64,000 bases of DNA from an uncultured Clostridia bacterium. GTDB taxonomy: Bacteria > Bacillota > Clostridia > TANB77 > CAG-508. The DNA lies in the NCBI GenBank assembly GCA_944387425.1, contig CALXEV010000003.1, forward strand, positions 662 to 64,661, in the 5' to 3' direction. Shown here piece after piece: positions 58,205 through 64,000 of this stretch. Below the pieces are notes generated by a model that worked only from the letters and a program-made list of their open reading frames with translations, made no database searches and had not been told where the DNA came from. Position numbers and translations under genes: made by a program. The number at the start of each line of letters is the position of its first letter. Position 1 is the stretch's first letter.

Positions 58205-59479
58205 ATGAAAAAATTTTTATCAAATTACAAAACCACGATAATTTTATTAGTTGCTATTATCGTTGGTGCAATCGTAGGAATTATTTTCCAAGAAAAAGCA
58301 ACTATACTTAAACCCTTAGGGGATATATTTTTAAATCTTTTACTAGTAATAGTAGTTCCACTCATTTTTTTAACAATTACAACATCAATATCAAAAATGC
58401 AATCACCAAAAAGGTTAGGCAAAATTATTTTTACAATAATAGGTGTATTTGTTTTTACATCAATTATAGCCGTACTAATAGGTTTTGCAAGTACATATTT
58501 TGTAGAATTAATAGAACCAGAAGATGGTGAAAAAATTAGAGAAACATTACAAGAAAGTGATGAAACTACAGAAACAGAAGAAGATGATGCAACAATTGCA
58601 GATAGAACAGTAGATTTATTGACAGTAGATGATTTTTACAAATTATTATCTAAAGAAAATATCATAGCATTACTAATTGCATCAGTAATAGTTGGTTTAG
58701 CTATAAATATGAGTGGAGAAAAAGCTAAACCAGTAAAAGAACTTTTAGTCTCAGCAAATGAGGTCGTAAACAATGTAGTAAAAATAATAATGTATTATGC
58801 ACCAATTGGATTAGGATGTTATTTTGCATCTTTTGTAGGTAGTTTTGGAGAGACAATAGTAGTTGGATATCTAAAAACATTTATCATATATTTAGTTGTA
58901 ACTGTAGCATTCTATTTCATAATGTATACATTCTATGCATTTTTAGCAGGAGGAAAGATAGGTGTAAGAAGATTTTGGAAAAATGCTTTAACGCCAACAG
59001 TTACAGCATTGGGAACATGTTCAAGTGCAGCATGTATCCCTTCAAATATACAAGCAAGTAAAAATATAGGAGTTCCATCAGATATAGCAGAAACAACAAT
59101 ACCATTAGGTTCAAGTTTTCATAAAGATGGCTCTATAATAGGTTCAGTGTTTAAAATAATGTTTCTTATAGGACTATTTGGCACAAGTATATCAACAACA
59201 GGAGATATTTTGGGAGTACTTGGAGTTGCTCTACTTGCAAACTTATTAATTACAGCAGTACCAATAGGAGGAGGCACAATATCTGAAATGCTTATAATAA
59301 GCATGATGGGATATCCAGTTGCAGCATTACCAATATTAACAATAATTGCAACAATTATAGATGCTCCAGCCACAATGTTAAATGTTGTAGGAGATACAGT
59401 TTCATCAATGATGGTAACAAGAGTTGTAGATGGAAAAGATTGGATTGCCAAAGGGACGGTCCTTGATGACAAAAAATAA
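58205..59479 (+). CDS. Dicarboxylate/amino acid:cation symporter (DAACS, GltP/SstT-like)
   Basis: It has multiple TM helices plus TCSSAACIP, and PLGSSFHKDG and IDAPATMLNVVGD segments typical of the family. I prefer the ATG at 58205. Confidence 0.85.
   Translation: MKKFLSNYKTTIILLVAIIVGAIVGIIFQEKATILKPLGDIFLNLLLVIVVPLIFLTITTSISKMQSPKRLGKIIFTIIGVFVFTSIIAVLIGFASTYFVELIEPEDGEKIRETLQESDETTETEEDDATIADRTVDLLTVDDFYKLLSKENIIALLIASVIVGLAINMSGEKAKPVKELLVSANEVVNNVVKIIMYYAPIGLGCYFASFVGSFGETIVVGYLKTFIIYLVVTVAFYFIMYTFYAFLAGGKIGVRRFWKNALTPTVTALGTCSSAACIPSNIQASKNIGVPSDIAETTIPLGSSFHKDGSIIGSVFKIMFLIGLFGTSISTTGDILGVLGVALLANLLITAVPIGGGTISEMLIISMMGYPVAALPILTIIATIIDAPATMLNVVGDTVSSMMVTRVVDGKDWIAKGTVLDDKK
59445..59472 (+). 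repeat. Dispersed 28-nt hairpin element, copy C, embedded in the last codons of the symporter gene
   Basis: ttgccaaagggacggtccttgatgacaa encodes ..IAKGTVLDDK. Confidence 0.7.
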
Positions 59480-59649
59480 ATAATTGAAAAATGAAATATT
59501 AGTAAAAGTTTAAAAGTGGTGAAAAACAATCAAAGTTTTTCACCTTATTCTTTTTTCGAAAATTTTTTGACCAATAATTATAATAGGATTGAAAAAAATA
59601 AGAAAAAACGATATAATGTAAATGCAAAAAAAGAAGAAGGAGTTTACCG

Positions 59650-60558
59650 ATGAGAATTGTTGCTAGTAGCAGTTATTTACCAAGTAAAAAAATATTAAAT
59701 GAAGAAATAGAAAAAAAATTAAATCTTGAAACAAATTATATAGAAAAACGCACAGGAATAAAACAAAGATATTTTGTTCAAAACGAAACAATTGAAGAAA
59801 TGTCCATAAAAGCTATAGAAAAATTAATTAATGAAACAAAGATTGATGTACAAGAAATAGATATGATAATAGTTGCAACAACAACCACAAATAGTTTAAT
59901 GCCAGGAATATCTAATTACATACAAAAATATTTTGATATAAAAAAATGTATCAGTTTTGATATTTTAGCAGGATGTAATGGATATATAAATGCATTAGAT
60001 ATTGCACAAATGTATATAAAAAGTGGAAAAGTAAGTAAAGGAATAGTTGTTGGAGTTGATATTTTATCAAAATACACAGATGAGAAAGATGTAGGAACAG
60101 CAATTATATTAGCAGATGGAGCAGGTGCAACTTTAGTTGAAAAATCAGAAAATGAATATTTTTCGAATATTGAAGCAATACCTGATAAAGATGACATTTT
60201 AACAATAAAGTCAAATGAAAAAATATTTATGGATGGAATATCTGTATATAAATATGCAGTAACAGAAACAGTAAAGAATATAAATCAATTATTAGAAATG
60301 TCAAATGAAAAAATAGAAAATATAAAATATATAGTTCCACATCAATCAAATCTAAAAATTATTAAAGCAATTTCAAATAGGCTTGGAACAGAAAAAATGT
60401 ATACAAATATACAAAGTGTAGGAAATACCTTTTGTGCAAGCATTCCAATAGTTTTGGAAGAAATGCAAAAGAAAAATTTATTAAAAACAGGAGATAAGAT
60501 TATATTACTAGGATATGGAGGAGGATTAAATACAGGTTCTATATTGCTAGAAATATAA
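59650..60558 (+). CDS. fabH: 3-oxoacyl-ACP synthase III
   Basis: The Cys context ILAGCNGY, the His context VPHQSN and the Asn context GNTFCASIP are present. Confidence 0.85.
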   Translation: MRIVASSSYLPSKKILNEEIEKKLNLETNYIEKRTGIKQRYFVQNETIEEMSIKAIEKLINETKIDVQEIDMIIVATTTTNSLMPGISNYIQKYFDIKKCISFDILAGCNGYINALDIAQMYIKSGKVSKGIVVGVDILSKYTDEKDVGTAIILADGAGATLVEKSENEYFSNIEAIPDKDDILTIKSNEKIFMDGISVYKYAVTETVKNINQLLEMSNEKIENIKYIVPHQSNLKIIKAISNRLGTEKMYTNIQSVGNTFCASIPIVLEEMQKKNLLKTGDKIILLGYGGGLNTGSILLEI

Positions 60559-60572
60559 AGAATGGAGGAAAA

Positions 60573-61643
60573 ATGAAAAGAAAAAAATCTTTTGAAATTA
60601 ATTTTGGAACTTTTTTTATAATATTAATTGTTTTATTTGCAGTTGTATTTGTAATCGCACGTTTTACAGGAAAAGAAAAAAATGAAAATACAGCAGAAAA
60701 TGAGAATACTGTGCAAAGCCCTCAAGTGGAACAAACAGAGTCAAAACTATATTCTAATAATATAATAACAGTAGACATAGGGAAACTTTCAGATAATTGG
60801 CAAGTTGTTGAAAGACCATATGGTTCAATTCAATTTTATATTCAAGGACCACAAGTGGAGAATGAAGATGGAACTAAAAATGATATAAGAATTAATTTCT
60901 ATATAGAGCAAAGTGAACAAACAAATGAAGAATTGAAAACACAAATGCTAGAACATTCAATATATTCAACAATAGAATATACAAAGGTTCAAGAAATTAA
61001 TTCATTACAATGGATGGAATTCGAAGCTGAAAACAAAGGTGTAAAAGCCAAAATATTAACATTGATGAGAGATGGATATATGATTGCTGCAGAAATTGTT
61101 GGAGAAACAAGCATTTATGATCAATATTATAATGAAGCAATGAGAACAGTAATGGCAATTCAAATATCAGAAAAAATTCCTACAGAAACAGCATCAGAAG
61201 TCATTTATCAATATGATACATTAGCAAATATAAAAAATGGTGGAACACAATTTGTATTAACAAGTCTAAAATTACCAGAAACAATGGAACAAACACCAGA
61301 AAATACTAATTTACCTGAAGAATACAAAGATTATGTTTGGACAGGAATAAAATATAGTGATTTTTATGATGCAATGACAAAATACATGACAGAGGATATT
61401 TTAAAAAGCCAATTTAGTGAATTTATTGAATATAATGATTGTTTATTTATTAAAAAAGTTAACGGTAATCAAATTGATTATATGATAGAGGAAGTAAATC
61501 CAATTTCTATAAAGGGAAATGAAACAACATATGAAGTTGTAAAAACAGGAACAAACAATTTTATAACATATAGACAAAACATAACTTTAAAATACGAAGA
61601 TGGAAAATGTGTGGTTTCTGGTGTCGATGAACAGGTTCAATAA
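60573..61643 (+). CDS. Hypothetical membrane-anchored protein (356 aa) inside the fab operon
   Basis: An atggagg SD precedes the start, which lies 14 nt after the fabH stop. It has one N-terminal TM helix. I recognise no family. Confidence 0.55.
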   Translation: MKRKKSFEINFGTFFIILIVLFAVVFVIARFTGKEKNENTAENENTVQSPQVEQTESKLYSNNIITVDIGKLSDNWQVVERPYGSIQFYIQGPQVENEDGTKNDIRINFYIEQSEQTNEELKTQMLEHSIYSTIEYTKVQEINSLQWMEFEAENKGVKAKILTLMRDGYMIAAEIVGETSIYDQYYNEAMRTVMAIQISEKIPTETASEVIYQYDTLANIKNGGTQFVLTSLKLPETMEQTPENTNLPEEYKDYVWTGIKYSDFYDAMTKYMTEDILKSQFSEFIEYNDCLFIKKVNGNQIDYMIEEVNPISIKGNETTYEVVKTGTNNFITYRQNITLKYEDGKCVVSGVDEQVQ

Positions 61644-61727
61644 CTAATCTGACCATTCATTCTAATAGAAAAATATTAGAAAATGTTATATAAATATATA
61701 GTAAAAAAGCAAAAAAAGGAGAAGAAA

Positions 61728-62660
61728 ATGAAAACAGCATTTTTATTTACAGGTCAAGGAAGCCAAACAGTTGGAATGGGAAAAGATATATATGAAAAAT
61801 ATGAAACAGCAAGAAAAGTTTTTGACAAAGCAAGTGAAATATCAGGAATAGATGTAAAAAATATTTGTTTTAACGGACCAGAAGAAGAACTAAACAAAAC
61901 AGAAAATACACAAATAGCAATATTAACAACAAGTTTGGCATTATTAAAGATTTTAGAAGAAAACGGAAAAAAAGCAGAAATAGCAGTTGGACTAAGCTTA
62001 GGAGAATATGCGGCATTAATTTATGGTGGTTATATAACATTTGAAGATGGAATAAAATTAATTCAAAAAAGAGGTTATTATATGGGTAACTTCTTACCAG
62101 AAGAAGAATATTCAATGGCTGCAATAATAGGATTAGACAGTGAAAAAATTGAGAAAATATGTGAAGAAATTAGACAAGATGGCAAATTTGTTGTTCCAGC
62201 AAATTACAATTGCAAAGTGCAAACAGTAATTTCAGGAACAAGTGAAGCAATAGATATAGCAATAGAAAAACTTAAAGAAGCAGGAGCTAAAAGAGCAATA
62301 AAATTAAAAACAAGTGGACCATTCCACACAGAAAAACTAAAACAAGCAAGTACATTATTTGCAAAAGAACTTGAAAAAGTTCAATTTCAAAAAGGAAATG
62401 GTATTAAAGTAATAAAAAACATAGATGGAAAATTCTACACAGATCAAGATAATATAAAAGAAATACTTGCAAAACACATAATAAGTCCAGTTAAATTTGC
62501 ACAAGCAATACAACTTATGAAAAATGAAGGAATTGAAAGATTTGTAGAAATAGGACCAGGAAAAGCACTAACAGGATTTATTAAAAAAGATTATCCAGAA
62601 GCTGAATTGTACAATATTAATAATGTAGAAAGCTTGGAAAATTATTTAAAAATTGATTAA
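61728..62660 (+). CDS. fabD: Malonyl-CoA:ACP transacylase
   Basis: AFLFTGQGSQ and the active site GLSLGEYAAL are present. I prefer the ATG at 61728 after aaggag. Confidence 0.93.
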   Translation: MKTAFLFTGQGSQTVGMGKDIYEKYETARKVFDKASEISGIDVKNICFNGPEEELNKTENTQIAILTTSLALLKILEENGKKAEIAVGLSLGEYAALIYGGYITFEDGIKLIQKRGYYMGNFLPEEEYSMAAIIGLDSEKIEKICEEIRQDGKFVVPANYNCKVQTVISGTSEAIDIAIEKLKEAGAKRAIKLKTSGPFHTEKLKQASTLFAKELEKVQFQKGNGIKVIKNIDGKFYTDQDNIKEILAKHIISPVKFAQAIQLMKNEGIERFVEIGPGKALTGFIKKDYPEAELYNINNVESLENYLKID

Positions 62661-62675
62661 GAAAGGAAATGTGAA

Positions 62676-63416
62676 ATGGAAGAAAAGAAAGTAGTTGTAG
62701 TTACAGGAGCTTCAAGAGGAATTGGAAAAGAAATTGCATTAAAATATGCAGAAAATGGATATAATGTTGCAATTAACTATGTTTCAGATAAAACAAATGT
62801 AGAAGAATTGGAAAAAGAGTTTAAAGATAAAGGTGCAGAAGCACTAATCGTTAAAGCTGATGTATCAAAATCAGAGCAAGTACAAGAATTTATAAAAGCA
62901 GTTATAGAAAAATATGGCAAAATAGATGTATTAGTAAATAATGCAGGAATAACAAGAGATATGTTATTAATGAGAATGAAAGAAGAAGACTTTGATAAGG
63001 TTATAGAAATAAATCTAAAAGGAACATTTTTAGTAACAAAAGAAGTTGTTCCATATATGATGAAAAAAAGAGATGGAAAAATAATAAGTTTATCATCAGT
63101 AGTTGGAGTAACTGGAAATGCAGGACAATGCAATTATTCAGCATCAAAAGCAGGAATAATAGGATTCACAAAAAGTATAGCAAAAGAATTAGCATCTAGA
63201 AATATAAGAGCGAACGCAGTAGCACCAGGATTTATAGACACAGATATGACAAATGTATTATCAGATGAGGTAAAGGAAAACATAAATAAACAAATCCCAA
63301 TGAGAAGAATGGGAACAGCTAGAGAAATTGCAAATGTTGTATATTTCTTAGGAAGTGAAGAAAGTTCATATATTACAGGTCAAGTTATAAATATAGATGG
63401 AGGTATGGTTTGTTAA
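62676..63416 (+). CDS. fabG: 3-oxoacyl-ACP reductase
   Basis: VTGASRGIGKEIA, NNAGIT, YSASKAG and ITGQVINIDGGM are present. Confidence 0.95.
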   Translation: MEEKKVVVVTGASRGIGKEIALKYAENGYNVAINYVSDKTNVEELEKEFKDKGAEALIVKADVSKSEQVQEFIKAVIEKYGKIDVLVNNAGITRDMLLMRMKEEDFDKVIEINLKGTFLVTKEVVPYMMKKRDGKIISLSSVVGVTGNAGQCNYSASKAGIIGFTKSIAKELASRNIRANAVAPGFIDTDMTNVLSDEVKENINKQIPMRRMGTAREIANVVYFLGSEESSYITGQVINIDGGMVC

Positions 63417-63417
63417 A

Positions 63418-64000
63418 ATGGAAAGAAGAGTAGTAATAACAGGTTTAGGAGCAATAACACCAATAGGAAACAATGTTGAAGAATTCTGGAAAGGAATAAA
63501 AGAAGGAAAATGTGGAATTGATGAAATAACAGAATTTGATACAACAGATTTTAAAGTAAAATTAGCTGGAGAAGTTAAAAATTATAATCCAGAAGACTAT
63601 TTTGACAGAAGAGAAGCAAAAAGAATGGACAAATTTTCACAATTTGCAATAGTTGCTGCAAGAGAAGCTTGGAAAGACAGCGGATTAGACAAAGAAAAAG
63701 AAGATATGACTAGAGTTGCAGTAATTGTAGGTTCAGGAATTGGTGGACTTGCAACAATCGAAAAAGATAATAGAACACTAGTAGAAAAAGGACCTGATAG
63801 AGTATCTCCAATGTATATACCAATGTGTATAGGAAATATGGCAACAGGAAATGTTGCTATAGATTTAGGAGCAAAAGGTGAATCAATATCAATAGTAACA
63901 GCTTGTGCAACTGGAACACATTGTATTGGAGAAAGCTATAGAATGATAAAACATGGATATCAAGATATAGCAATAGCAGGAGGAACAGAAGCATCAATTA
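63418..64000 (+). CDS. fabF: 3-oxoacyl-ACP synthase II, N-terminal part (runs off the right edge)
   Basis: I translated this by hand: MERRVVITGLGAITPIGNNVEEFW..RRMDKFSQFAIVAA..VGSGIGG..TACATGTHCIGE (active-site Cys). Confidence 0.93.
   Translation, partial: MERRVVITGLGAITPIGNNVEEFWKGIKEGKCGIDEITEFDTTDFKVKLAGEVKNYNPEDYFDRREAKRMDKFSQFAIVAAREAWKDSGLDKEKEDMTRVAVIVGSGIGGLATIEKDNRTLVEKGPDRVSPMYIPMCIGNMATGNVAIDLGAKGESISIVTACATGTHCIGESYRMIKHGYQDIAIAGGTEASI

Overview
This is a 64-kb window from a very AT-rich (about 25-30% GC by eye), endospore-forming, Clostridia-like Firmicute using the standard genetic code. I found no rRNA, tRNA or CRISPR. Almost all genes are on the + strand and most are core housekeeping. 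They include pyrG, groES-groEL with a CIRCE operator, a short alaS, ligA, folD, dprA, spoIIID, htrA, rnhB, pdp, cdaA, truA and asnS. A B. subtilis-like ftsQ-DUF881-DUF881-sbp-ftsA-ftsZ-spoIIGA block is followed by nifS and mraZ-rsmH-ftsL. Further right are SpoIVFA/FB-like proteases, an ABC transporter with LiaF/LiaG-like genes, yunB, rplM-rpsI, a SpoVB-like flippase, hup and fabH-X-fabD-fabG-fabF. The non-ordinary content is as follows. (1) A compositionally foreign (about 49% GC) 48-codon micro-gene cassette with its own consensus promoter, SD and GC-rich terminator sits between groEL and alaS, followed by an 86-nt hairpin with 21-bp perfect arms. (2) A sortase-led locus (38.7-42.7 kb) encodes TasA/camelysin-like exported proteins with SipW-type N-termini. 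It has no SipW gene and no LPXTG substrates, and one gene can only reach its ATG through an A_AAA_AAG -1 shift. (3) An IS200-like tyrosine transposase is flanked by inverted doublets of a 25-nt REP (a REPtron). (4) A second dispersed 28-nt hairpin element occurs three times. (5) A TGTGAA-N5-TGTGAA direct repeat is shared by the hsp20, groES and htrA control regions. Several conserved-looking unknown genes sit inside housekeeping operons. I see no clear multi-gene defence-type system, and all functional calls rest on motif recognition by eye.
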